A stretch of 61,151 nucleotides of DNA, the filler included, from Basidiobolus ranarum (lineage: Eukaryota), in the NCBI GenBank assembly GCA_040143965.1. It is 2 parts of 2 records of this genome, joined end to end, with 100 filler letters (N's around TTAATTAATTAA, not from the genome) between each part and the next. Parts side by side here need not be neighbours in the genome. Positions count along the whole stretch, not along the records: positions 30,673 to 61,151 come from JASJQH010000099.1; 1 more part is not named here. One strand, written 5' to 3'. The notes beneath the pieces were generated by a model that saw only the letters and a list, made by a program, of their open reading frames with translations, was not told the origin of the DNA and did no database searches. The translations under genes and the position numbers were made by a program. Positions 41,595-57,138 of the stretch are shown here, in pieces; positions within the stretch are counted from its first letter, which is position 1; each line of letters starts with the position of its first letter.

Positions 41595-43370
41595 ATGACG
41601 CGCACTTCGAAAATCCTCTCAGTCAGTTTATGCGCTCTCTCCTTCTTGGTTAGCGTCACTCACGCCGATGACCTGCCCGTATCTAGCAACATAGCCACTA
41701 CCGTCAAACAACTAATCGATGCTGGCTTGAAATCTAAGTAGGCTGTCTTTCACACTTTTCCTCTTTGGAAGGTATTAACATTTCTAACCTCCTAAAATCG
41801 TGTAGTAATGTTTGGGATCGTTTGGCGGAAATGACTGATCTTTATGGAGCTAGACCTACTGGTTCTAAAAATCTTGAAGACGTAAATATACATTTTTACA
41901 TGTCAATTCTAATACCAGGGATCTAATGGATATCCTTTAGTCAATCGATTGGATCGTTCGTACAATCAAGAAAGAGGATAAGAATCTCACAGTTACCACT
42001 CAAGATGTCAAGGTAAAGACATAATTTTGAAAATCAAAACTCACCGATCGGTATTAACAGAATATTAGGTTGATGTATGGCATCGTCAAGAAGAGTCCTT
42101 GAGTTTGTTTACTCCCACTCGTGGTAAAGTCGAGTTGGATGTCAAAGCACTTGGTCGATCAGTAGAAACGGGCCGCCATGGTTTAACTGCTGATGTAAGT
42201 GTTGGCAGTAACTATGAGCAACTTGAGGCTGTAAAGGATAAAGTAAAGGGAAAAATTGTGTTATACAACAACCCATTCACTACGTATGGAAGAAGTGTTG
42301 GATATCGGTCGAAAGGTGCGGTCACTGCTGAAAAATATGGTGCCATTGCTGTATTAGTTAGATCAGTTACACCATTCTCTCTCAACACTATCCACATTGG
42401 TTCCACAACTAGAGCAACGTATAATACTTTATTTAACTTGTTTTAAGAAAAAAATCTAATTTCTCCTTCAGCATTCCTGCAGCAGCCATTTCTTTAGAGG
42501 ATGCAAATCTTCTCGGTCGTATGTATAACCGATCACTCTCAGCTGACCCAAGATACGCCAATAAGAAACATTTCCCTATTCCTCGTGTCAACCTTCGTCT
42601 TCGTAATACTTTCAAGCCTCTATCGAAAACCTCTCGTAACATCATTGTCGAAGTTAAAGGTCGCGAAAAACCTGACGAAATTGTAGTAATTGGAGGGCAT
42701 ATAGATTCATGGGACGTTGGTGTTGGCGCTATGGATGACGGTGGTGGTGCTTTTACCGCTTGGGAGGCGATCAGACTAATCTCTCAACTCCCCACCCCAC
42801 CAAGAAGAACCAGTAAGTGTAAGCAATTGATCTAGTTCATTTATGGAGACTAACTCAGAATCTTTAGTCCGAACCATCTTCTGGGTCGACGAAGAGAATG
42901 GCGGAGCAGGCTCACGTGCCTATTTTGAAAAGTACAAGAATGAAATTAGCAAGCATGTTTTTGCTCTGGAGTCTGACTCTGGTAATTTCAAACCTTGGGG
43001 AATCTCTTTCCAAGGTAGTAGCGAAGCTCAACAAGCAGTTGCCAAAATCGGAGCTGAGCATCTTTCAGTTCTTTCTGCTGGTAATGTTGTGAAGGGTGGT
43101 GCTGGCGCAGATGTAGATAACCTCTGTCAAGCTGGAGTACCCTGTGCCGAATTCATCACTGCTGATCACATCACTGGTCTTACTCCTGATGCAGCCTATC
43201 AAAAAGGCTATTTCTATTATCATCATACTGCTGGTGACCGTATGGAAGCGTTGGATGCTACTGATTTGTCAGCAAATGCGGCAACTATGGCAACTTGGGC
43301 TTATGTTATTGCAGAAATGGAACAAACACTTCCTCGTACAGCACCAACTTCAAAATTATTAGTACAGTAA
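41595..43370 (+). CDS. CPQ: Secreted M28 metallopeptidase with PA domain, carboxypeptidase Q (PGCP)-like, multi-exon
   Basis: Signal peptide MTRTSKILSVSLCALSFLVSVTHA. Motifs WDRLAEMTDLYGARPTGSKNLE, VKGKIVLYN, YGRSVGYRSKGA, LVRSVTPFSLNTIHIG, GGHIDSWDVGVGAMDDGGG, EENG, ESDSG and YFYYHHTAGD. Confidence 0.88.
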
Positions 43371-44643
43371 ATACAGTATGTCTCTTCCTAACTGTATAGA
43401 TTTTGACTTAACTTTACAAGAAATATCATCACCACAGCTGAAGTTTATATAATTTTTATTAAAACCCTGTAAAACCGTAGTTAATACTTCCAGTCAATAT
43501 AACTAGTATAATTGGATTGATACCTATAGCACTGTTACAGGTCTACTGGGAGATCACTTTCTATGCTTTTTTACAAACCTTCCAGCAATAAAGTTCATTA
43601 ATTGTGTACAAACATGGCTTGCTTAAAATTAGCCACATGCACATTGCATATCTGAAATACCAATCAAGTACTCGATAACTAATTGACACTAGTGCACCAC
43701 TGTCAGGAAAACAAACTTTCACCGTCTCTACTACATGCCAGTAGGATGCTGGCAGGAGAGCTATGAAGGTTAAGTTTGCCAAAATGACCCGGTTCATAAT
43801 GATAGATGGATGCTTGTAGAGTACCTAACCCTAAGTATTTATGAGACATTTTAATTACCCTAAACAACCTTGATGATGCTCTATGCCAAGTTAGTGGATA
43901 TTGCCTTTCTTATTACTACTAGTGGAGCTTTGGTGTCGAAACGGTCTGTTGACATGTGGATTTTCACTATACAAGCTGTCATTAATAAATCATTTTTGTA
44001 CAACTGCATCCTGTCATCTTATTGGACCGCGGGGATTAGGAAAGCTTGCGTATCTCTCCGATTGCGGTGAGTTTGTAAAACGTACCATTTGTGATTCAAA
44101 CACGCTCCAAGCCATGTGTCACCTACTGTCATCTAGAGCGTATGGTGCAAGATAAGTAGAGCGATATCGGTTGGATTCAAGTTGACGCATATTTTGACTT
44201 TCACAGTTCATGGGATATGCTACGCAATTCATTGACCGATTTCTTGGTAAACTACTCATAATGAGTTCTTCTAAGAATGAATTTCCTGTTGGAAGTCCTG
44301 ATGTCTCTGTCCATCTGGTTATCTATAGAACATTTTCGCTCCTTATCGTTATCGTAGATAGCGTCGTAGATAGACAAGTGATAAACTTATTGGTTGTCGG
44401 TAAAAATCTGACATTTTATTCACTTTTATGGATCAAAACCGATCTTTCCCTAACAGTTAGCACTGCCTGCTTGATTGCAAAAGCAAATAGCATTTGCTGA
44501 ATTCTTGTGACTCATAACAGATCAGCTTCAGCTTGTACATTTCGAGTGATAGTATGAATTCAAGTAGTCACAATCATATATCTCCATGTGAATCTTCGGT
44601 TCAATAATTCCACATGATGCCAATTAATTTTTAAAAATATGGA

Positions 44644-44657
44644 TTTAACGCGTTAAA
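44644..44657. promoter_or_regulatory. Perfect 14-bp palindrome TTTAACGCGTTAAA (contains MCB-like ACGCGT), about 140 bp upstream of the SPX-SerB ATG
   Basis: The palindrome is directly visible. A regulatory role is inferred only from its position. Confidence 0.3.
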
Positions 44658-44796
44658 ATTTTCTACAATTATGCAGGAAGACGTTTAGGCCCATTTCTAG
44701 CTTTAGTCTACACTGCTTGCGCACTCTACTACCGTGTCCATTTTCTTCAGCCTCTCTCAAGCCAACTACCTTGTCGTTGGAAAACTCTATTAAGCC

Positions 44797-46931
<2,135 letters not shown>

Positions 46932-47502
46932 CTCTATTTCCCATTTCTAAAGGCGGATATTCTAGTTCTCTCTTCCCAGAACTAGTGTGTATAACGTTTA
47001 GTTTGTTTCTAGTCCATTCATCATCGGAATAATTTATTCTAGTATTTGTCACCATCTCATTATCATATTTTTAACCCAGTCTTTTACATTAGTCTCTAAT
47101 ACATTTTGATCAAAGAAAGTTTTCAATTCTCGTCGTGTTGTAAACTTTATTCCTCAGATTTTGATACTTTACAAAATCGATGTCCCACCTCTATTGATCC
47201 CCGCAAATTTTAAATACCATGCTGAATAAAGTATTGTCGATATCCACTCTCACAGATGTGATACATTTGTTAATACCTTGACTAAACACCGTCTCATAAT
47301 TTGCCAGTTTGGAAAAACCTCTATCTTGGTTCAGAAACGCCAATTGCACTGATTGTTCTCTGGCCAAATTCACAGTTCTGGTTGATAGCATGAATGCTGG
47401 GAATAATTGTCAGATGCCACTGTTAGTAGCGAGGAACAGTACTAAGCTCTTTTCCAAATATTCGAAAAAAATTTAAACCCATTTTATTACACTTGTCAAT
47501 AC

Positions 47503-48565
47503 TTACAAAAGGGTTTCACCAAGGGCACAGCGTGCAAGAGAACACCCAACAGTAACCGTCTGATATAAATTAGCATCATCACCGAGAGAAGGGTTGACTT
47601 CTACAATATCAGTGGCAACAAGACAACCAGTTTCATACAATGCCTCACAAATATAATGCCCCTCACGGAAAGTTAGTCCGCCACGAACTGGAGTACCAGT
47701 ACTAGGGGCCACGCTGGGGTCCAGAGCATCAACATCGAAACTCAAATGAATGGGCCGATCACGATTAGGATTGACATGATCAAGAGCCATCTCCACAATC
47801 TGACCAATTCCATATTTGTCTACTTCATGCATCGAGAAAGCTTTGATATTGTGCTTCTTCAGTATTTTTTTCTCTGCTGTATCAACGTCACGCAAACCAA
47901 TATACACAAGGCGCTCAGTTGACAGGCAAGGTTTGACCCATTCAAACTCTGGCGTCTCGCCGGCAATACCAGTCAAGAAAGAAAGTGGACATCCATGTAA
48001 GTTACCAGTATCCGTAGTTTCGGGAGTATTGATATCCTGACAGATAATATTAATGAGATATATCATTTAAATGAATCAATGAAAATTTGAAGTCACTTAC
48101 AGCGTGGGCATCAACCCAAATAACACAAGCATCAGGATGCGCAGCTAGAGTGCCGGAAACGGTAGATAAACCAAGACTGTGATCACCACCAAGGGTCAAA
48201 ACAAATTGGCCTCTCTTGGCATGCGATTCAACAACTTTAGCAACAGCATGAGTAACTCGTGAAACAAAGCGCGGGTTCTTCATATTCCCAATATCAGAAT
48301 CTTCTTCAGGACGCAGGTGCTCAAAACTACCAACTTCACCAGAAAAGTCTATATCCCAGCCCAATTCTTTGATTTGATCAACTATTCCAAACTCTAAAAG
48401 GCGGACCGGTCCTTCATCAACGCCATCCTTTGGCTAATGAAGAAAATGTTGAATAACATACTAGGCATTAGCTATTTCACACTAGGGACATACCTGACCA
48501 CCACTAAAAGGGACAGGAACAATGGCAACAGTTCTTGGTTTGGATATAAATTTGTTGGCAGTCAT
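47503..48565 (-). CDS. CAR1: Arginase, 3 exons
   Basis: PFSGGQ-PKDGVDEGP, TLGGDHS, WVDAHADINTP, GNLHGCP, YIGLRDVD, HLSFDVDALDP, STGTPVRGGLTFREG and VEVNP. Confidence 0.97.
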
Positions 48566-51167
48566 CTAGAAAAATGTGTAGAAGAGAGGTTGAAGTTCTA
48601 CTGATAAATTCCGGCATTGCTAGCCTTGCTTTTAAAAGAATATCTTCCAGTACCCCAAGGCAATCCATCTATATGAGGTAATAGTTTAGAGCCAATAATA
48701 ATTGTGAATTGCTGCCTCTACAGCACCTTACGTGACAGATGAATCATTCCGTGGCAGGTGTAAAGCCCTAACCTACAAGACCCAATTAAATTACCAGACT
48801 TTGGAAAACAATCAGATTTGTTTATCAGATTTACATGACTGTAAAAGGCAACTCGTTAAAACTCTGCCGAATTTGGTTCAATCTTTAATTTTCTCCGTTT
48901 CGTATTTTTGATATGCATGGAACCCAATAACCCCCATATACATAAAACCACGATTACATTTAATCCCTATGTTCGGGCTCTCAGTGAATAAATAAAAACA
49001 CTTGGCTCTCTGCAATGGTAGAAGGATGGATTGTATCGTATTTAGGTTCTTACAGCTGGTGTAAGTTGGTAAAGTTCAGTTGCCATAGGAATAAGCCTGG
49101 CTAGTATTCTCAAACGTTTATGAAATTTCCATTCTTTTAGCTGTAGGTCAACCATGTTGGCACACCCCCGATATTAAGAAGGTTACACTAACGCTGGGAA
49201 TGATGAAATGTTTTTAGTTGTGATTAAAATCGTTTGATGGTGGTGATATTTGAAGGACACTATTCGGATCGAGTTTACAAGAGTGAAAAGCTTTTGGCAA
49301 AATCGGTCGGAGTGTGGAGTATGGTGCTATATGCACAGTGTTCTTAAATTGGAAGTAAAGATATCCATGACGCTTCCCATGCATGTCCATGACATACGCG
49401 CTCAGGTATCAAGGCTGTGATTTACTTTATGCGAATACCATTCCTAGTGTAACTCAAGCAGTGGACCAAGAGTGAAGAAAGATCTGATAACTCAATAAAG
49501 TCACTTGCCCATTCGTTAACATGGTCTAGATAAATGTCTACATTGATTAAGTCGTGGCTGATCTCTACTATATTGAATGATCTTCAAACAGAAAAGCAAA
49601 TCAATACAAATCATTAGTGTCTTTAGACAATTGAGAGTTTGAAGCAATGCCGTCAGTATTGAAAACTTGGTTTAAACCTCATTGCAGTCCCTTCAAAAGG
49701 CATGATTCCAACGGGACAACAAGCTGTCTCCATGGTTGTACCAGTGGCTAACACGGCTCTTCATTGATTGGGCCTATGAAGCTTTCATAATACTTTTGGA
49801 CACAATACAACAATACTGATCTAAATATGATATGATTCTCATCTGATAACATACCGTAGATTGTTCCTAATGAGGCATGCTGGATATCGGAAGTGGAAGC
49901 AATGTTAGGGATCCTTAATATCGATTCCTTCAACAATACTGAGTAGTACAGAGTTTTAGGGAACTGCACAGAGCGCCAACTAAAGGAGAAATATTGTGGT
50001 CCCAAACATCAAGCATATCGCTAATCTTTGCTCAATAAATATGTTTATCCATTAGGTTATATCAGTAGCATTCGATTCTTTTACATGCTCTTGCCATGAT
50101 TTATTACAGCTACTAATGGCACCTGGTCATACCTCAACTTGAGTTGCTGGTTGGATTGAAACCGACCTACATGGCTAATATTAGTCCACGACCCCTCATT
50201 GTCAGTTTTTTGCAATGCCAAGTCTTTTCCCACCTCCAGTAATCTCTTTTATTTGTACATCATTTGAGAGATGTTACGAAACCTGTTACCGGAGACACAT
50301 TCTTTTCTTTGTATTGGAGCACTAATTCGATAGATTACCCTAGTTAGCATGAACATCCCTATTCTTTAACTCTCATAAACTATCTTTTCGAAATTAACGG
50401 TGAGTTCAAATATATTAACCTGGCATATTTAGGATGTTGAGTAGAAATATTTATTGTGTTGGGAACCTGCGATTAGAAGTAATCTGGCTACAACCTAATC
50501 TTCATCTCAGACTCCATCACGTGATTGCACCATTGGCTCAGCTATTGACATCAGTAGCAGGAGATATTTTTCATTGAAATGATTACAGGTAATAAAAGTA
50601 TGTTCGCATTGGCAACCACTGGGACTCGGAATAAACGCTTCTAGTAGGATTTAATAGATGAAGTTGTAGTCCATTATTGTAGTACCTTGTGTAATAGCAA
50701 CATACGGAGAGAGGTCCGCAATAATAATCGTAGCAGCCACTCTACGATGCATACGTCACTAACCTGATAGCATGAGTGAATTTCACTAGCTTATACTTAA
50801 ACCCAATTCAAGATAGCCTGTTTAATCATTGAATCCCATATGATATGAGGGTTATACTATTACTACTATATTTAATTGCCGGATCTTGTCTGAAATAGTG
50901 ACCTAACACAACTTTTACCATTAAAGCTCTTCTGTGTAGTACCATTTTTAGGCTTCAAACATAAACTTCACATAGGCTACGTTTAAATCACTTTCACATA
51001 CTAACACAAGGTTGGAATTCACCAATACTTATACATACATAGCATGTCATTAGATTCTTCTCTTAAAACATAATACTTAAGAAATTCGCGTGATACGTTG
51101 TAACCTTAAAACTAACTTTCCTTCTTAGGGGTTTTTAATACTTTTACGTTCACGTTGAGTTTCGAAA

Positions 51168-52311
<1,144 letters not shown>

Positions 52312-53482
52312 AGCCAGGACAAATCGATTACTTACAACTTGACACATACTCATATCTTTCTTACTTATCTGTTCACCTCACTCTCTCCCCTACCTCATTT
52401 TTACAAACATTCAGCTTATGATATCTCATTTTTACTTCAATCTAATGTTGCGTAGGAGTATTTCTAATGCTCAATTATTTCTTATCATCGTCACATTAGC
52501 AACTACTCGATGTTTTAATTGGATGGTTGCAACTTTGGTCTAACTTTGAATTTTAATAAAGTGAATGTTTGAAGTGACTGTATCCAAACACTGAGTGGAT
52601 GCATTTAGTGAAAGCTAGAGTAAAGGAGGTTATTTGGAAATGAGAAGAGTAGAACTCCTAATAAGTATTGTTACATACATATATATATTTATACCAACCA
52701 ATATCGAGTTGTATGTACAGAGAGACTTTGAAACTCAAAGCTCTGGGTGACAAGAATCAATAACGGATACTTTCTGAAACTGAAGTATGATTCAATCATC
52801 AGAATAGAATGTAGTTACATGACATCTCTCAGACCCTAGATAACCTTAAGAGAATTCTACCAATACTGAAGTAACTCTTACTGCATCTCGTGAAGAATGA
52901 GTTCACTAAAGTTGAACTTTAAAACTTGAATTCACGAACATTGAAACTCAAGTTGACTGTTACTGGTATGCTATTCCTTGAATTCCAACAAGTGCCAAGA
53001 TCGCTAACTTATTATTATGGAGGTAGTTGTGTTTAGAGCTTTATCAACTTCACTAGGTATCGACTAACTTCGTATCTTCACTGGGAATGAGAAGTGCAAT
53101 TACAAATAGTGATATAATCAGTTTATTCTGTAAATAGAGATACAGGTTACATGTACAAATAGGGATACATTATAAGGTAGATAATTATAGTGTACATAAT
53201 TACTGCGTATTTAGGGATATGTTAATGAGATACATAATAGAATATTTACAAAAAGTTTCGATTTAACAATTTAAGAATATGTAGTAGAGAAATCATGTTT
53301 AGAAACCTAAACACAATCAGATAAAGAACAATGTTATATAATATGTATATGGTATATACACACCAATATGCCTCGGCTAAAAAATTCAAGGCAATGCAAT
53401 TCTATATCTACAAATGTACTGATGTCTTTTGAACTGCATAAGATTGTTATTTGGCAAAAGGCGTCACGCAGACTGAGGAGAC

Positions 53483-54900
53483 TCAATTGAATCGTTTCCT
53501 TCGGAGATCAAATACCATAACTTTGGATCCAGTTTCGACGAAACATAATTCACTAGTCCCCAGAATAAACAATAGCTGGTGGATTCTGGGAAGTTGTGAT
53601 CGTTTGAAGAGGGGTTTCAAGAGAATCCGTGTCTTCTTTACGTACACTTCGTCTCCGTCTGTATCAAACTGGAAGGTATGCAGCTATTTGGTTCACAGAA
53701 AAAAAGGTAAATATTTTTACGGAGTAGCATTTAGTTCAGTTGTCAAATACCTCTCCTTCCACAACACTATACAAAGCGAGGGTACCTCGGATTGCATCTA
53801 GCGCGGTCAACTGACATAGTATATTCACAGTAGCCACCGGGGTCTTCTCCAGTAAAGCAGTATTCATATTCTTTATGGTTTCCAGGTAAATCTCAGTACA
53901 ACCAGTGACAAAATTCTCCACGATGAGTAATAAGCGTTTATCATTAAGCTGATATACGTTGATAATGTGATGGGTGGTAGGATTGAGTCGTAGTGGAAGA
54001 TACACAACTTTGACATCGTGAGTTATCTGATTTAAAGAAATATTTGACAGTCCAGAAGGATGGGAGCGTTGTGAAAAACCGAGCCAGGGTGTAGAAAACT
54101 GATCTTTCGCGTGGAGTAAGGCAAACAATGTTGCTGATAGAAAATCATTAGTTGGAACGGATATCATCAGTGACTAGGTATTTTGAAAAACTTACCATTA
54201 CTATCAATGTCCAATGGTTTAGTCTTATTCCGCTTAAATCCGTTTTTCAACGGATTGTGAATACTGGAATGCGCAGACAGCCGATGTGCAATGTAATCAA
54301 CAAGTGCCATAGTATGAAGTGATATGTGAGGTTAAAGTCGAAAGGGAAAAGTTAATAGAAGCAGGAAGGTTAGAGTTTAGTGGTTAGTTGGATGAAGTAA
54401 GTTTGGATGGCACAGATGAGATGCTTTTAAAGTCAACATATTCCTTTCTCTGATAACAGTACCACTCCCAAATGTTTCACAATACGCACTAAAGGTCTTC
54501 TTGTGTTGGACTGATTTCTGTAACATATACGCTCTTGGTGTTCCGCCTTTGGGCTTGCAATTAGATGTAAACTTGATTTACTTGCTCATTCCGGTTGTGG
54601 CAGATCAGATCATTATAGTTGATCGCATATTTCCAGATGACTGTATCAAGAATGGCAAGAAGCTTGAGATTCCTGCTAGCTTTCGACCATTATCGAGGAA
54701 AATACGCTGGCATTGTTCGCATCAAATGGGCCTACAGTCCAGCATGTGCAAATAGAGGATTTGTATTTGATCACCTATATATTGGTGCAACATTGCGTCA
54801 ACTCTGACTTCCCAGGTAAATTCAATTTTCTCACAAACTCTTTACACTATCACATGAAGCACCAATGATATGGATGTATCGGCAGTGAGCATTCGAAGGT
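53483..54900 (-). pseudogene. Decayed spliced gene fragment of an uncharacterised large fungal protein family
   Basis: ORF 53736-54167 splices (GT-AG intron 53684-53750) in frame to LHTFQFDTDGDEVYVKK...IHQLLFILGTSELCFVETGSKVMVFDLRRKRFN and then hits TGA. No convincing start is visible and the upstream coding-like sequence is broken by stops. The upstream limit is approximate. Confidence 0.5.
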
Positions 54901-55976
54901 GTGACACCATATCGAAACATGTCACACTTAAGCTAATGGTAGCAGCTCATTTCTTAGTAAAATGATGCACTTTACTTGGCCAAGGTTTCATACATAGCAA
55001 TAACTTGGTCAAATGAAAGTATATCTGGTTCGAAGTAATGAGATAGAGTGTTCTATGGAAAATATAACAAGCTGAACCCAGCTAACTATCACAGTTACTC
55101 GGAATGCTGTTGATAACTAGTATGACAACCCGTTTGATCTAAGGGCGCGTCTAGATAGCCTATGCACTCAATGCGTTCCGTGCATAAAAGGATTCCATAG
55201 AGCCTTGTAATTCTTTGCATATACCATATAACGCAAGACCTGCCATGAACTCAACTAAACTACTTTGAGTTTAAGATATGCTGAAAGTAGATTTTAGGAT
55301 GAATACTATCCAGTTGGGATTGCTTGTGTTGAAGTCATTTTAAGGCATAGTTCGTGCATCAATTATATACGTCAGCCGGCTAGCAGCGACATTAACGAAT
55401 CTTTTCCACCCCAGTCTTCCACAGATTCCATCTTTCGAACAGTGACATGTTGACGCCAGCAATATATTCTGGTGTGTGCTTAGCTTTGTCATTTATGGAT
55501 CTGGATACCATGTGGAAAATTAATCGATTACTATTCATATCAGAATAAACGACGAGGCTATTGGAATAGTTACCAACATGTTAGATTCATGTTTACAGCT
55601 AATCAGGTAGCTGAATTGCTCTCAGCTTAGTAACCATCTCAAATAAATCCACTTCTATATACGACATTCACATTGATTATCACGAGATCCATTGGCCTGG
55701 ATACCACCTTGGTTATTCAACAACCATACCTGCTTTTATCCGAGTTCCCAAGCCAAGATGAGTATCCATGTTGTCGTCAGCAAATGAAGTACAAACTGAG
55801 ATACCTTCATTGGAGTGGTAGGATATAAGCCCGTCGTAATTGGGGTAATGACAACGCCAATCTGATGAAAAACAGATATATTGACTTATAATAGAGTACA
55901 GTTTATTAGGGGGCGAAAGAAAAAATACAGTCAAAAGGATGTCTCCAAAAGGTATTAATGAAATAGTTGTAGGAGA

Positions 55977-57138
55977 TTACTGAGTCTTTTCAGTTTTCAC
56001 CATTTTTCTAGCTTTCTGGTGATCGGCATAATCACGGCCAACTCGGCTCTGAGGTCCGAAGCTTGGCATGGTGATGAATTCCCAGAGGACTCGGAACCAG
56101 GATTCATGGTAGTTGATGGTATTATAGAATTCAGGTGCAATTTCACGTACTGCTGGTAGCTTAGACCAAGCAACCTACAAACAGTAGCAATATTAGTAAA
56201 AAAGTACAGCTATGCTCGTGTAATAGATGTCAGATTATCTTTACCTTCGTGAAATCATGATGTTCATTGTGGAACCCAATATTGAGCGTAAGTTTGTTCA
56301 TGCTACCATAGTAGGAGTAGGTCTCCTGTCCATCATCCCAAGTGTAGTGCTCTTGAATGAAATGAGCGGCGGCAGGATTGATACTGTAACCCCACCATAA
56401 AGACAACATCATATAAAGGAATCCTCTAGGTCCACAGACAAACCAAATGCATATATCAGTAGAAATGGTGAATACAATATTCACAATTTCCCAGAAGGAG
56501 GGATTTTTACCCATGGCTGCTCCGCGAACAACATACATAATAGGGAAGATCAGAAGCCATAAAAATTTCAAGAAAGCGTTGCCACTAATCAATCTGACTT
56601 CCCATTCCATAGGGAGATCGGGATCTTTTCCTAAAACACCTTGGAAAGTGTGGTGCTCAAGATGATAACGACGGAAAGATTGAGCAATAGGAACTGGAAT
56701 ACCGACGTTCACTAATAGCCCTATCATACGGTTGACCAAGAGAGACTCGTGAGTAAGAGCATGGCAGCACTCATGAATGATTGAACCGAAAGCCTGAGTG
56801 AGAGTTCCGCCAACGGCATATGAGCACACAACCATGGTCCAATTCCAGTCAAGAAGAACTCGCCCGAATAAATACGCACAGAACAAATGAGCAGAGACAG
56901 TCGCAAGGGTTATCCACTTTGTAGATTTATCGATACCATACAGTTCCTGGATTTCCGGGTGTTTCTCAAGAATGGCCCTTTTACGCTTAAAATGAGGTTC
57001 GTCTAGGTCGTCTTTGGCAAAGGTGTCATGAACATAAGGAATGGAGCGTTCCCAATCGCCAATGTAAAGAGGATGACGACGATCAGCATGGGTCGGCTTC
57101 TCAGAAGTTTCTACCACTGGTTCAACAAAAGGAGGCAT
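55977..57138 (-). CDS. DES1: Sphingolipid delta-4 desaturase (DES1/DEGS family), 2 coding exons plus a probable 5'UTR intron
   Basis: EPHFKRKRAILEKHPEI, His boxes HECCH, YHLEHH and HNEHHDF, HFIQEHY, ETYSYYG and WSKLPAVREIAPEFY. ATG at 57138 follows acceptor tttctcag. TAA at 55977-55979. Confidence 0.93.

Noticed and set aside
41928-41940. ATATCCTTT resembling a U12-intron 5' splice site
   Set aside because: It is the 3' end of an ordinary GT-AG intron in CPQ. No U12-type donor was seen at any junction I assembled.
53483-53485. In-frame TGA as selenocysteine or readthrough
   Set aside because: There is no redox motif context or recognisable SECIS, and further stops follow, so pseudogene decay is the simpler explanation.
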